Source: Camelus dromedarius
Taxonomy: Eukaryota
Direction: 5' to 3'
Length of the DNA stretch: 64,000 nt
NCBI RefSeq assembly: GCF_036321535.1
Contig: NC_087437.1
Span: 98,704,001 to 98,768,000, forward strand
The translations under genes and the position numbers were made by a program. This document shows positions 22,946 through 36,579 of the stretch, piece after piece; the first letter of the stretch is position 1, and the number at the start of each line of letters is the position of its first letter. The notes under the pieces were generated by a model. It ran no database searches. It saw only the letters and a program-made list of their open reading frames with translations, and was not told the origin of the DNA.

Positions 22946-25900
22946 GTAGTTGTATAATTTAAATGGTTCTTAATTTTAAAATGTATTTTTGGCCAAGACA
23001 TTTAATGTTGAGAAGTGGCTATTCAGCATGCAAGAGACCATAAGTACATTTCATAAGAATTTTTATTATAAAGAGGCATGCATTTTAAAAATTGTTATTT
23101 ACACAAAAGGCCCTAATGGATATAATAATTTATCAGATCAATAATCAATGTTTTTAAAAGTCACTTAATTCAAATTTATGTAATCTGCAATATGAAAAGA
23201 TCTTATATACATATTTACATCATAAGTCCTAGTGGTTTTTTCGTAACTATTTCTGTCCCTAATGTCACCTTATGCACCAGGATGATGGAAATATTTTTTA
23301 AGACCAACACTGCTAGAATATCAAAAGATATTATTGCATAAACAAGTACATTGGAAGTCACCTAAGACTGTGGTAATGTCACTAAAATGAAAATATTCAG
23401 TTGAGTCTCCTTTTTTGTAATTTTCCTAATTATGATCTCTGATGAATCACCCATTGTGTGAAGAGAACAAGGAGATTCAAAGAAAATTGTCAAAAGAGTT
23501 CGCAACAAAATATTTCTAGTAATCTCAGGAGTCTGTCAAACAATGTATGTGGCCTTTATTAGTCATTATACAGATAAGAGGAAATAAAAGCCACCATGGC
23601 AATGTGAAATTTTCCTTGAATCTGTGGACATGTGAGTAGACTGTGTGCTTTTCAGTATTTCCAGAGTCAACTATCACCTATCGGTCTTATAAAACTGGTA
23701 CCAGTTCAATACTGCTCATATATCAAGACCTTTGGGGAAAACAAAGAACTTGTTAGATCTGTCCCCAGATCTCCAATTTATATTCCTCTTCAGATTATAT
23801 GTTGTCCTTTGGGTTTTGAAGGAAGCAAATATCAAAACCTACTTCTTTTCTTGGTTCAGCTTTGAAATGTGGTTTTGCTTCATGTTGTTCACCTAATTAT
23901 TGCTTTTTCCCAAAATAAGCCCAAGGGCAATTTGATACAGCCAGTTTCTTTGAGTTTCTTATAAGCAAAACATGCATATTGATATTTGTCCTGGACTGTG
24001 ATAAATCCGTGCTCTGCTATGCCCACCTCCAGCCTATCCACAGGGAACCCCTGAGAAGCAACTCTAAACCTTAAGAAATCTCTGGTTTAGGATTGCAGTC
24101 TCTTTAAGGATTATATAAAACTTGGAATTCTTTATCTGTTTTTTTTCTATTCTTCAAAAACAATCTCCAGTGAATGATATCACACACAAAAAAGAACAAA
24201 ATGTAAACAATTTTGATTTTTCTTTTAACTTACCTCAACTCCACTCTGAGACCAAACTTTGTAATTGATGGTCTTCTTAGAAATGCTATATTATCAGTTC
24301 CTTCTCCTTCTCATTTGCTTCCTCCTTTCAGTCCATCAAGAGCCCTGTAAATCATATGATTAACTTGCCCACCAAGACTGGTTGATGCGAGTGAAAGAAA
24401 TCTAATTGGAACACAATCACCCTCCAAATGCTCTTAACACTTTTTTGTGCATCTAAATGTGATCTGAATTTCAGATATGATTTTCTATTTAACATTTATT
24501 TTCCTCCAGCATATATGTGCCTTAGCTTAACCTAAATTGGGTTGTTATCTTTTTCTGACCTTTTGAACTTAACACTATGAATTAACTATTATCCTGCTGA
24601 AATAAATTCCTTTGCAGATTCTATGTATATAGAGGGTATTTCAATTGCATTCAGGAATAAATATTGAGTTACTATGTTCCATAGAGTAATTTATTGGTCT
24701 CTGAGAGCAAAAACCACCAGTACATTATTAAAAGGATTTTATTGTTAATTTTAGAAATATTTTAAGGTACTTTCTTCACTTAAGGGAAAATATGATCACT
24801 ATAAGAAATCAGTAACAGCTATAAGAATAAAAATCTGATATTCAAAATATTTTATTATTAATTTTAAAATAAAAGTAAAGAAATCCATTGGCAAAATACA
24901 GTGAATTATGGTAGTTCCTGGGACTGCTGTTTTGACTAGATATATTTTAGATATTCATTCCATTTTTTTTCTTCTCCAGCTTCCATTATGAATTACTTCT
25001 TCTCCCAGCTCAAAGTTAAATAATTATTTATCTTGTAATTCATGGGTCTAAAACAAAGAAATCATTATTAAGTATTTTTATGTGAAAAAATTAAAATAAA
25101 TCCTTATTACAAAGGAGAAAGGAAGTATGTACTTTTAAATCAATAATGATACAGAAATATCTATGGTATCTAGACTCCTTCTCAAGAAACAGCAAGGAGT
25201 TTCAGTGAAATTAGCTAGAATTACAATATATCTCTCCTGGACGGTGAAAAAGAGGCAAAGTTGTAACTACATAAAGAGCTATAGGAAAAATTATCTTACA
25301 TGTAATCAGGCAACCCATTGGAGATTAGTTTTTTGTTTCTGTTTTTAACTGTATAAAACTAAAAATGTATTGCTTCTTTTTGCTATTATAGCCAAATTTT
25401 TTTATCTCCATTTCCCCATTTGGAGCGTTACTTTCGGAATTTATATTTCCAATAATACAGAAATCATAGCCAAATTTGAGTGCTTAGGTACCAAAAGACC
25501 CGAACATTAACTTGATTAGGATTTTCCAGGCAAGACTGACTCTTCTGCTAGTTGTGTGCACATTTCTGGTGCTTAACAAAACATGTTGAAAAAACCATAC
25601 TTGGCCAAGGTGTAGATTTATGGCTCCTTAGGAATCTACCACATGGGAACACGGGGCCTCTGTGGTTAAAGACATCTAAATAACAATAAGGCAATATCAC
25701 AAAGCAGGAAACAGACCTTGGCTCTCTTCAGTTTTGGGGTTTAGAGAGGGAAGCTTATGTCTCCTGCCAGACACAATTTTTAAATATTTATAACTTGGTC
25801 ACCCGTTATCACTTTAAAGCACTTTGTCCATAAAGGGTGACATTTGTATGGCAAGTCATATTTCATTATTAGGTGAAAACTTTTTTGAACAAGTGAAAGC

Positions 25901-26206
25901 ATTTGTCTTTAATGGTGATTAAATGCCTGACAAGTTAGAATCTTTACAGAGAACAAAATGAGCTAAGTGCAAAAACAGGTTTCCAAAAATAAGTAACAAG
26001 TAAATAAAGGAGATTAATGCATCAAGTATTTCTGAATCAGGGAACCCAAAACATCCTTAGAGTGCATTTAATTATTTCTTTGTAAAACCCTACAAAATAA
26101 CAGAATAAATATATTACCTACAATTTAATGTATGTAATTACCAACATACTGATCACTTTGATTTTGTTTTTTTCCTGTAGTAGCTTCCTTTCACTGAATA
26201 TCTTAC

Positions 26207-26319
26207 ATTGAATGTCTGGCAGGATATCTATTCTACGTACACATCTGTTTATTAACAGGGCTTCAGTTCTATCCAGGACTCGTGAAATATTTTTAATTTG
26301 ATCCTTTATTGGGTTAAAT
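26207..26319 (-). other. Candidate 113-nt exon (FNPIKDQIKNISRVLDRTEALLINRCVRRIDILPDIQ); unverified
   Basis: Acceptor ctttgtctttattcaaatag| and donor AAT|gtaaga; only one of three frames is open. Confidence 0.18.
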
Positions 26320-26999
26320 CTATTTGAATAAAGACAAAGTAGCAATTAAATCTTAACGAGATGTCGTATTTGCATAGTGCAAATCACAAGATACATTCTC
26401 CAAATAGTTTTTGAGGCTTTTCTAAATCGTTGAAACTTATCATTGGCTAAAAAAAAGAGGCAAAAGATTGTCTAAGTTATCAGTATGAGGCAGAAGAAAT
26501 GGAAAAAAAAATTCAGTAAGCAAATACTCCTATTGAATATGGTCAGGGTTGAAACTCAGGAGTAAACACGTAGCCATTCTGGAGGTACCCTACGTTTCTT
26601 TTCCTTTTCAATTCTTGGCCACATTAATTCTGTGAGCTTAATCTCAAACTTTAATTGCTACCTTCCTAGTTTACTTTGTAGCTGGGGATCTCTAACCTAG
26701 GAGTTTAAACATGTGTTGTTGTTGTTCGAGAAGGAGGAGTTCTGGCTTTGACATTAGGTCCAACTTCCACTGCACAGGAGATAATGGACCTAAATCTAAT
26801 TATTTGTAAACTTGCTTAGATGATTGGTGGATGATAAAGCAATATGTACTAATTATGCACAAGGACTGTGATAGAAGAAGTGAATTTTACAGACAAGCCA
26901 AAAATGTATCTGCGAATTCTTTTGAATAGAAATGTTAAAATTAGCAAAATACATTAAGTTGAAGGTCTTTTTGTTTGTGTGTGTGGAAATCCTGTAGAA

Positions 27000-27165
27000 C
27001 TTTATTTCTTATAGCACTTGGAAATTTCTGTGTGCTACACTCATGTTTCTTCTCTGCCAGTTCCCATCTTCCTTGAAGGCTATATCTGTGTCTGATTTAG
27101 ATTTTATCTTCATGCATCTACAAGTCTCTATCTAAGGTAGTCATTCAAGTATATGTTGAATAGAG
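27000..27165 (+). mobile_element. L2 3' terminus
   Basis: ttcccatcttccttgaaggctatatctgtgtc...aaggtagtcattcaagtatatgttgaat. Confidence 0.55.
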
Positions 27166-27680
27166 AGCCCCTGTGGCACCCTTATGCAAAGTAGGATTAA
27201 AAGCATGCTTCCTCTAGGAAGGTACCACTCTGCATCAAGGTGGTTAATGGACAAGTATTTGTAGTCTTGAAACAACCACGTTCCTTGAAGAATCCACCAT
27301 TCTTGTATCCTTTTTGAAATTAGTCCCATTAATTCAGGTATGAGAAAGGATGGTTTTAAGGTAGGTCCTTTGAAAGAAAGTCATACTCTGTGTCAATGTT
27401 TCTCAAATTCAGGCTCAAACAATGGACTAAGTCACAAGTGTAAAAAGTCTCATGTAAAAAATGTTAAAGGTCTTATTTTTTAGAATACTGCAAAGTGTAA
27501 CATAATACAGTATAATTTTTTTCTTTAAATATTTGGAGATGAAATTAGGAGGGCATGATAGCTTGGAAGTGATGGGCTTTTCTTTATTTGAATGTGCATA
27601 GTCAGACGGCCTTGTGTTTTTGCTGAAGACCATATAGTTGTCACTGTACTGATAATAACCCTCAAGTCACCCATTCTCAG

Positions 27681-27800
27681 CATCTCAACAGCTTGCCTTG
27701 GAAAGTTATGAAAGCTCAGAGTTAATGACCATGCTAAATGTTGGCCAAGCAATCCAAACTCTCATCCACAATTTTGTATGGTGCTATATCTATTCTAGAG
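27681..27800 (+). other. Candidate 120-nt exon (phase 1-1, SQQLALESYESSELMTMLNVGQAIQTLIHNFVWCYIYSR); unverified
   Basis: Acceptor cacccattctcag|, donor GAG|gtaatt, open frame. Confidence 0.18.
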
Positions 27801-28706
27801 GTAATTATATGAAGTGAGACTTTACTCTGAGCAAAATGCAAGCAGACATGTGTTATATAAAAAGGATGATGATTCCTTACTTTGTTCAAAAGATTAATAC
27901 AGCAGTGGACTTCGAACATCAAAGTGGAAATGTATTTTGTCTTACTGAAAACTGTATATCCATCCAATTCATAAATTATTTAGTAACATATTTGTGATAA
28001 AAAGTATTGTCAGTATATCTAAATTCTTATAGATATATATATGTCTAAATACCCTCATGTCTGAAATTCCAAATCTAGCTTAAGTAACTTATGACCATTG
28101 TTTTATCAATGCTCAAATTCGTTTTCCTTCTCCACACTCTGTACCCACTGGTCACATTCGTATATTAATGAATATACACATTTAAATTAATATAGCACTA
28201 AATAGATAAGAATAATCTAGGTTTCTTAAAAAATATATGATAACATATATAAAACTTTTATTTAGAAATGGAACTCTTTCAAAGATCCAGCTAGATCATT
28301 TATATACAAAACACAAATGACAAATTTTTCAGTTATTCATTTCTATATGCATTATTCACTTTCTAAATATAAAAGTGTTGGCATAATTATCTACAGAAAT
28401 GCCATTAATGGGAAGACAATAGAAACAAACAAGTAGCTCCACTCACTGCACCAAATTTCTTACATTTCAAAAAGACCTAGTGTTCAAAGGTCAAAATCGT
28501 CCCCAAACATAGCATTTGCAATGAACAGAAAATACTAAGGCTTCGTCATAAACAGTACAGTGGCTCTTCTACAGGAAAGGGGTTAGAAACAGAATAAAGA
28601 GAGATACTGGCCATCTTATCATGGCCCAATCCCTTCCCGCCCCCCCTGCACCTAGGCCAGTACATGCCAAACAAGCACCAAAAACAACCAGTAAATGGAA
28701 GGAAAC

Positions 28707-29089
28707 NNNNNNNNNNNNNNNNNNNNNNNNNNNNNNNNNNNNNNNNNNNNNNNNNNNNNNNNNNNNNNNNNNNNNNNNNNNNNNNNNNNNNNNNNNNNNN
28801 NNNNNNNNNNNNNNNNNNNNNNNNNNNNNNNNNNNNNNNNNNNNNNNNNNNNNNNNNNNNNNNNNNNNNNNNNNNNNNNNNNNNNNNNNNNNNNNNNNNN
28901 NNNNNNNNNNNNNNNNNNNNNNNNNNNNNNNNNNNNNNNNNNNNNNNNNNNNNNNNNNNNNNNNNNNNNNNNNNNNNNNNNNNNNNNNNNNNNNNNNNNN
29001 NNNNNNNNNNNNNNNNNNNNNNNNNNNNNNNNNNNNNNNNNNNNNNNNNNNNNNNNNNNNNNNNNNNNNNNNNNNNNNNNNNNNNNNNN
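28707..29089. other. Assembly gap (383 N)
   Basis: N run seen directly. Confidence 0.99.
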
Positions 29090-29692
29090 GAGTCATAACT
29101 ATGACATTTTTATTTCAAAAGATTAATACAGCAATGGACTTCTAACACCAAATTTAGATTTCATCAGAGCTCTTTCAGGGTGACAATGTGTTAGACCCAG
29201 GCCTGAGGACAGGTAGCAATCACTAACCCATGTTTTCATATTTTTAAGAACTATTATTATTCTTTTAACTAAAAGGTACTCAGAAGACTCAGCCTGTTAT
29301 AGGACTGGAAGAGGTGAATGATTTCACATTTTACTTGAGCTTGACAGTTAGAAGTTCTTGATCTAGTAATAAAATCCATTCAAAGGAAAGAAAAAAGGCT
29401 GACACGTTTGCAACTCCATTTTAAAAGAATTTGTGCAAAACACTTGCAGGGTAAACCCTTATCTATCTTAGTATCAATTTCTTTTTCAAAATAATGATTT
29501 CCATTTTAAATACTAGCCCTTGGAGCAACAATGCTCAGAGGTAAGGGTAGGGTTCCCAAGTACACTCAGACAACAAACTCTACTGGAAAAAAATTCAGAG
29601 AAAACAAGTAACTTGAATTTTTCAGCAACTTAATTTATGGTTGATCCCCACTAGCTGCTTCAGTTTTCTGTGGACATGTGGGTCTATTTTAT

Positions 29693-29716
29693 ACACACAC
29701 ACACACACACACACAC
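29693..29716. repeat. (CA)n microsatellite
   Basis: Seen directly. Confidence 0.95.
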
Positions 29717-32700
29717 CTGATACTGATCCAGCATTAGCAGCTGTTTCCAGACAACATTAGAACATTCCTCATCTATAAACATCCTCTACTGATTCACAGG
29801 CACAAGACCATGTTTTAAATGCAAGATGTACTTTTCCATCCTCAGGGTTCCAACAAGTGGCCCCAATTTAGGACTTGGGCAGCTGCATATTTTTCCCCAA
29901 ATCTTTCTGAAACACCATCTTCTTAATCACCTTTGTTCCGATTCTCCGTGTCCTTAAAAGGGAGAACTTTGTGCATTTATAAAATAAAAATAATAGAGAT
30001 AAAAGTCCCCAAAATTATAAAGACTACTTCAAAAGCAAGAGAAACTCCGCCTCATCTCTATGCCAGATGATTCTTTTTGTTTGTTCCTTTAAAAACTCCC
30101 AGGGAGACTGCCAAACAATACAGCTCACCCCAGGATTACTTCAGGACTCACCCAGAGGTAAAACTCCTTCCTACCTAATGGACCCTAGATGTCTGAAGCC
30201 TGTCAGGAGAACGTCGTAAATCATGGAGATGAGACAGGAGCAGGCAGGGAAAGCTACACAAACCTTCTGCACTTAGAAGAAAGAGTCATTTAACACATCA
30301 GGGAAGTGCATTTAATAAATGAAGTCAGTGACTTGAACATGTCATATTCGATCTATACAGAGGTTGCTGAACTTTCTTTAAAAAGTCATTTTTATGCTGG
30401 TTGCTCTTCTTATGAAATTTTCTACACCTCCAGTGTATGAAATGGATATGTAAGCAGCTGATTGAGAAATAGCTAAGGTCAAAGTTAATATGGAAAGCAG
30501 AAGGTCTAAAAGCAGGCTGCCTTTTTTCCCTCCCTTAGAGTTCAAGAGATTCTGTATGACTTGGGCATGACATATTAATGTTTCTGACACAGGCTTTGTT
30601 GTTGTTGTTGTTAAATCTGCCTTCAAATGGCTGATACTTGGGCATCAATAGATGTAGAAGATATTCCGTTGTTGGAACTACAAAAATGAACTTTCCCCCT
30701 CTAATTTTGTTCATGGGCCAGCCTTTTATCTTTAAAGGTAGAATGATGGCGGAGCTAGTCTGGACAAGCGAAATGATAATCAAAGACTTGGAGGGATCAA
30801 GATTGCCTTCACATGTCAGGACCATAGAAGTTACAGAGTGTAGAAGCTGGTGAGGAGCTAAGGAAAAAGTGAGAATGTAGAATTAAATGCCCCTCTGGGG
30901 AAAAAAAAATAAGTCAAAATATTCAGCAAGTGAATTAACAAGTACCAAAGAACATGGCCATTTTGGAAAATATTTTGTATCCCCTCAGTCTTTCTAGAGC
31001 CCTTACATTTTAAGCTGTAAGCTTCTCTGGGTTATTTTGTCACATACAAGAGTATAACAGCCCCACCAAATGAATCAATGGGTTTGGTGCCCCATAAGGG
31101 ATTTAATTGAAACTTGGAACACACACAGGGAGGCTCATCAGATAAATATGTGCCAAATTTAAGATTAATATCTACTCTAAAGTGGATGCTATAGCTTCTC
31201 TAAAACACTCCCCGCTCATCTTCAGATGCAGTGAAGTTTATCTTTCTATGATGCTCTTGAACTTTGAAACAGAAACCTCACTTGGGAAAAAGCAAGCAAA
31301 CAAACCAAACCGAAACAGCACCCCTGAATACTGCAAAGGAAAACAAAACCCCACTTGATTTTAGAAGGTTTCGAAAAGTCACACTTATCTACTGAAGGTA
31401 CATGGTATTCATTGACAAAAAAAAAAAAAAAAAAAAAAAAAGAATGAAAGGAAGGAAGGAAGGTATCCCAGTGCCTGGAAACTTGTATATTTGCACACTT
31501 ATGTGCAAATTATTCTCCAAATGCCTTGAAGTAGATGACTCTTCTGCTTTATACTAACTTGACATATTTTTTTTGTCAAGTCACGTTTCTTTTTCTAGTA
31601 TCTGAAAATGTGCCAAACTAAATGTCAGTGCCTCCATAAGGAAGATTTAGAGTTTCTTTTGGAGCAGATAGAAGCCTCAAATGACAAACATGTGTACTCT
31701 GAACGTTCCTCCCACAGGTGTGACTTACCTCCCAACAAGGTCAGAGAAGGCAGCAGAGAGAGCTACAATTTGTTTGACTTGACATTCCTGGGCATTTCCC
31801 TTTGTTTTCCCTCTGTCATCATTCCGTGGCAGAGAATGCAAGACACCCGCCTGCTTCCAGGTATATCTGGCTGGTGGCCCTACATACAGAGAGCTGCTAC
31901 GGATTTCACTTTATGAAATGCTTCCATCTGAGCTCAATACTGTTGGAGCGTCGCAGGAGGCAAGTTTTGAAGTCTTTCCCCAGGCCAAACTCTGGCTGAA
32001 AAGTTTGCCCCATCCTCCCCCTTATCTAGACTTTTAGCTACACTCAGCAAACACACACTGCAGCAGAGTGGTTGGCGTGATACAGGCGAGGTGGGAGGTC
32101 CAGGCAAGACCCAGTCTCCTTATGTCCATCAATTCTAAGGTAAGTGTAGGGGCTGAAAGGCCAGAAGGAATGAGGCAAGGGAATGTTTTGGCACTCGGTC
32201 CACCTTTATTGTTTACCTACCAGCAGGCAAGGGCGGTTCTGGGCATTAGGAAAACAAAGTCATGACATCATCTGTCCAATATTCAAGGTGTTTAACAGAC
32301 AATAAGCCAAGGTTAAAACACTCTATCCCAAAGGTCCCAGCGACACTGCCTGCTATTATATTGGCTTCCCTCTTGGGTCACCACCACCCTGGGGACGAAG
32401 AGGACAAGGCATTTATCTCAGTGAGAAGCCATTTCCTCCCTTGCTGACTCACTGTCTCTCCTGCATGACCTCATGCAATGACACACACTGATGGTGTAGG
32501 TATATCTAAGGCAGCATCAGGAGATTTAAGGATAAAATCTCTCTATTGTATGGATAGTATAAGTTTATTTTTAGATTTTCAATGAACTTAACAGAAGTTT
32601 CAGAGTCATTCTCATTTTAATATTATAGAATTCTTCTAGTATGTGAAAAAGGACTTTCAGACTGTTCTCAGTCTCAGCAGTGAGACCTACCCCCACGGAG

Positions 32701-34016
32701 AGCTTCCTGGCTTGTCCTTTGGCTCCTCTCTGTAGCTCTCCTTTCTTGACCTTGATTTCACAGCTTCTGAACCTACCTGCACCTGCCCATTGTCCACTTG
32801 CATGGCTTTTCTGCTGGGGGCTCTTTCTAGTCCTCTTTCCAACCTACTGTTTTTGACTTTCATGACCTACCTCTGCATTTACTGCTCAATCCCAACAGAT
32901 TTCTACCATGCATTTCCAACAATGAGAATGACATTGATTTTAAAACTCAGCTACACCACTTAGAGAAACTCCCTAGATACACCTAGTCACCCAATTTAGG
33001 GAAGTAAGACTACTCTGACAAAGCAAGAGGGAAATGACCTATTTTAAACTAAAATATTGGGAATTTCCACTTATTCCAAAGGTGAAAAAGTGAAAGAAAT
33101 GAGTCATAAAGAAAATGAACAATCTCCACTTTTAACCCTTCCATGAGAGGAATGGACAATACTTGGGTAATGATGTTCAATTTATTCATAAGAAGACAAA
33201 AGAGCCTTTTTTCCCATATGGCTCCCTTGGGAGACACTCTTTGGCAGGTGAGGATTTTCCAAAGGTGGAAGGTTCAATTTCTTTATGCAGGTCTGCAAGG
33301 GCCCTTTCACTCCGAGCATTTCCCCCTCTCCATTTTCATCTTTCCCTTCTAAATGCAATGGATGTCTATGCACATTTTTTCCCCCAAATACGAAAGTGGA
33401 ATGGCATTTAGTCCCATATTACCTGACCTTTACATTAAAAGCAATCTTTAAGCAAGGCTGGTCTGGTCCTAGGTCCTAGCAAGATAGAGAATTCACTCTG
33501 CATAGGGCTTAAGTGAAAAGAACTTAAAGACAGGACTCCTTACAAAGTTGTAGATAGGGTTTCAGGAACAAATAAGGGCTAGTGAGTCACCCAGGAATTA
33601 GCAGCTTTACTATGTCTGGTCTAAAGGGGCAAGGAGAAGAAATAGTGTTACTAGAATCCATTGGAGGAAGGACTGCCCAGTTGGAACTATAGTTTTGGAA
33701 GAACACAGCAGTTGCCCGAGGAGTGGTACTAAAGCACTGGGAGAGGGTTTTTTTCTTCCCCTCCAATCTATTTCTCTTTTGCCAATGCAACCTATGGGTC
33801 GAAATCAATCAGTAATCTGCCAGAAAATAGAGCTACTGCAGAGGTTAACCTCCTGAGGCACAGAGCAGAGAAGAGATGGGTGGAAAATGAATTTGTAGTG
33901 AGGAGTAAGGAGTGACTAGCAGCAAATATTCCCTTTAAATATTAAGAGAATAAAGTAAATTTATCATAGGGTCTATAGATAACTTTCAGGACGAAAATGA
34001 GCAGATGGAAGACTGG

Positions 34017-34378
34017 TGCTACAGACCGAATTATGCCCACTCCCCCTTCATGTGTTGAAGTCCTAACACCCACTGTGACTATGTCTGAAGATACAGGGTC
34101 ATTAGGAGATAATAAAATTAAACAGGGTCACAAGGATGAGACCCTAATCTGATAGGACTTATAAAAAGAGGGAGGGGGAAGAATTTCTCTTTCTTCCAGG
34201 TGGGGACACAGAGAGAAGGTGACTATCCACAGGCCAGAGAGTTCTCACCAGAGACGGATCAGCCACCACCTTGATCTTGGGATTCCCAGCCTCCAAAACT
34301 GTGAGAAAATGAATTTCTGTTGTTTAGTGACGGCCAGTCTATGGTATTTTGTTATGGCAGCTTGAGCAGGCTAATACA
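34017..34378 (+). mobile_element. MLT1A/B-type MaLR solo LTR
   Basis: TG...CA termini (tgctacagaccgaatt ... ctaataca), motifs ccttgatcttgggattcccagcctccaaaactgtgagaaa and ggtattttgttatggcagc; 5-bp TSD-like actgg/tctgg. Confidence 0.88.
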
Positions 34379-34399
34379 TCTGGGCTATGGATTAAATAT

Positions 34400-34540
34400 A
34401 TACTTAAGTATATAGAATACAGGCTTTTGTCAAACAGATCAAGATATTAAGAGTGACTCTCTCACTTACTGATTGTAGATCTTGGGAAATACTTTGGACC
34501 TCAGTTTTCTGGTTTGAACAATGAGTACACTAATTTTTAC
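34400..34540 (+). mobile_element. MIR SINE fragment
   Basis: cacttactgattgtagatcttgggaaatactttggacctcagttttc. Confidence 0.55.
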
Positions 34541-34559
34541 AATAATTGGCTTTTTAAAA

Positions 34560-35630
34560 AAATCACATATATTTTCCTTTTACTATATTCTCCTTTTTAT
34601 GGAAATACATCCTTTAGAATAACCTTTAGTGAGGGATTGTTGCTAAAAACTCAGCATTTGTGTGTCTGATAATGTCATTATTTCAATTTGTTTACAGAGA
34701 ATGTAATTCCTTGAGAGTCATTTTCTTGCTCTTGGAAGATATTTCTCATCATTTTCTGGGTCCCACTGTAGCTGCTGTCATTCCTTCTAGGTATTTTTGT
34801 CTGTGCTCCTATGTTTTTGGCAAGTTGCAGTTTCACAAGGTGTGTCTCAGTGTGTGGTGTGTTGTTGTGGCCATCTACATAGGTTTCAGTGAGTATTCCT
34901 GAATCTGTATTCAAGTCTGTCATCAATATTGGAAAATTCCCAGCCATTACTTCTTTCTATACTGACTTTTCTCCATTCTGTATATTCTTTTGTAAACTTC
35001 TGACCAGATACAAGCTTGGCCTTCTAACTTTACTCTAATGTACCTTAACCTGCATTTCATGTTTTCCAAATCTTTAACTGCATATTGTATTGCATGTTAT
35101 TTTTTTCTGCTCTATTTTTCAGTTGTAAATTCCCTCTTCAACTGCGTCTGCTATGCTGTTAAAACATTACATTGAGTTTTCAGTTTCAATAATTATATTT
35201 TTCACTTCTAGAATTTCTTTTTTTATCCTATCTGTTTGATCAATTCATAGCCTCGTTATTCATTCATAGATTGGAAGATTTCTATTTCTTTACTCTAATA
35301 TCTTGAATATTGTTAATTTTTATATTTTAAAACCAATAATTCCAATATCTAGAGTTTTTGTGGATCTGCTTCTGTTCTATTGTTTTTGTTCTTTTTTGTC
35401 TTAGTGCTTTATTTCCTGTTGCATTTTGTTTGCTGCTGTTTTTGCTAGGAGTTCAGGCATGTTGAAACTTTCTGTGAAACTGTCCTGAGTCCTAGATTGA
35501 GAGTGTATTCTTCCAGAAAATATTTGCATTCCCTTATGCCATCCTTCAGCAGGCACTATCAATAAGGGGGAGATGTAAATTCATAAAACAAGCCCATATT
35601 GGGCCTGGCTTGTGCTTATGAATTCCCTGG
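34560..35630 (-). mobile_element. Old L1M ORF1-region fragment
   Basis: ORF 34678-34947 MAGNFPILMTDLN...HTETHLVKLQ resembles L1 ORF1p MAENFPNLMKDIN...TPRHIIVKL. Confidence 0.65.
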
Positions 35631-36267
35631 GGTAGTAATTTTTTGTTCATTATTTCTTTATTGAGGTAAAATTCACAGAATGTAAAAAGCATTTTAAAGT
35701 GTACATTCAGGAGTATTTAGTACATTTACAATGTTGCACAATCATCACCTCTATCTAGTTCCAAAACATTTTAAACACCCCAAGATGAAACCCCATGCCC
35801 ACTAAACAATCAGTCTCCATCATTCCCTCTCCTCATCTTATAGAAACCACTAATTTGCTTTCCGTATCTGTAAATCTACCTGGATATGTTATAAAAATGG
35901 AATCATCAATATATGATGTTTGGTGTCTAACTTCTTTCACTTAGCATATTTTCCAGGTTCATGAATCAGTACTTCACACCTTTTTTAGGGCTTTGGTATG
36001 TACATACCAAAATATGTTTATCCACGCATCTCTTGAGGGAAATTTGGGTTGTTTTTACCTTTTGAATAGTGCCACTATGAACATTCATGTACAAGTGTTT
36101 GCTTGAATATCTGTTTTTAGATCTTTGGGTCATATACCTAGAAGTCAAGTATGGGTTATATAGTAAATCTATGCTTAACTTTTTGAAGAACCAGAAAACT
36201 GTTCTCCACAGTGGCTGTAACATTTTTATTCCCACCAGCAAAGCATGAGGATTCTAACTTCTCCATA

Positions 36268-36460
36268 NNNNNNNNNNNNNNNNNNNNNNNNNNNNNNNNN
36301 NNNNNNNNNNNNNNNNNNNNNNNNNNNNNNNNNNNNNNNNNNNNNNNNNNNNNNNNNNNNNNNNNNNNNNNNNNNNNNNNNNNNNNNNNNNNNNNNNNNN
36401 NNNNNNNNNNNNNNNNNNNNNNNNNNNNNNNNNNNNNNNNNNNNNNNNNNNNNNNNNNNN
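36268..36460. other. Assembly gap (193 N)
   Basis: N run seen directly. Confidence 0.99.
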
Positions 36461-36579
36461 TATTGAGCATTATTATATTAACATAATATTATGAATTATG
36501 ATATTAACGATAGCCCTGTTGGTCATTGTATATCTTTTCTGGAGAAATATCCATTCATATCATTTGCTCATTTTTTTTT

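Noticed and set aside
25133-25236. Minus-strand exon candidate ERYIVILANFTETPCCFLRRSLDT
   Set aside because: Good acceptor but only a weak donor, a stop before it, and a phase-1 join from the upstream candidate creates an immediate TGA.
28569-29145. The longest ORFs in the track (143-175 aa)
   Set aside because: They are almost entirely X residues read through the N gap.
30378-30626. 82-aa minus ORF with a hydrophobic stretch (LLLDLLLSILTLTLAIS)
   Set aside because: The start derives from a (CAA)n tract, no convincing splice sites or homology were seen, and such a stretch is expected by chance in AT-rich DNA.
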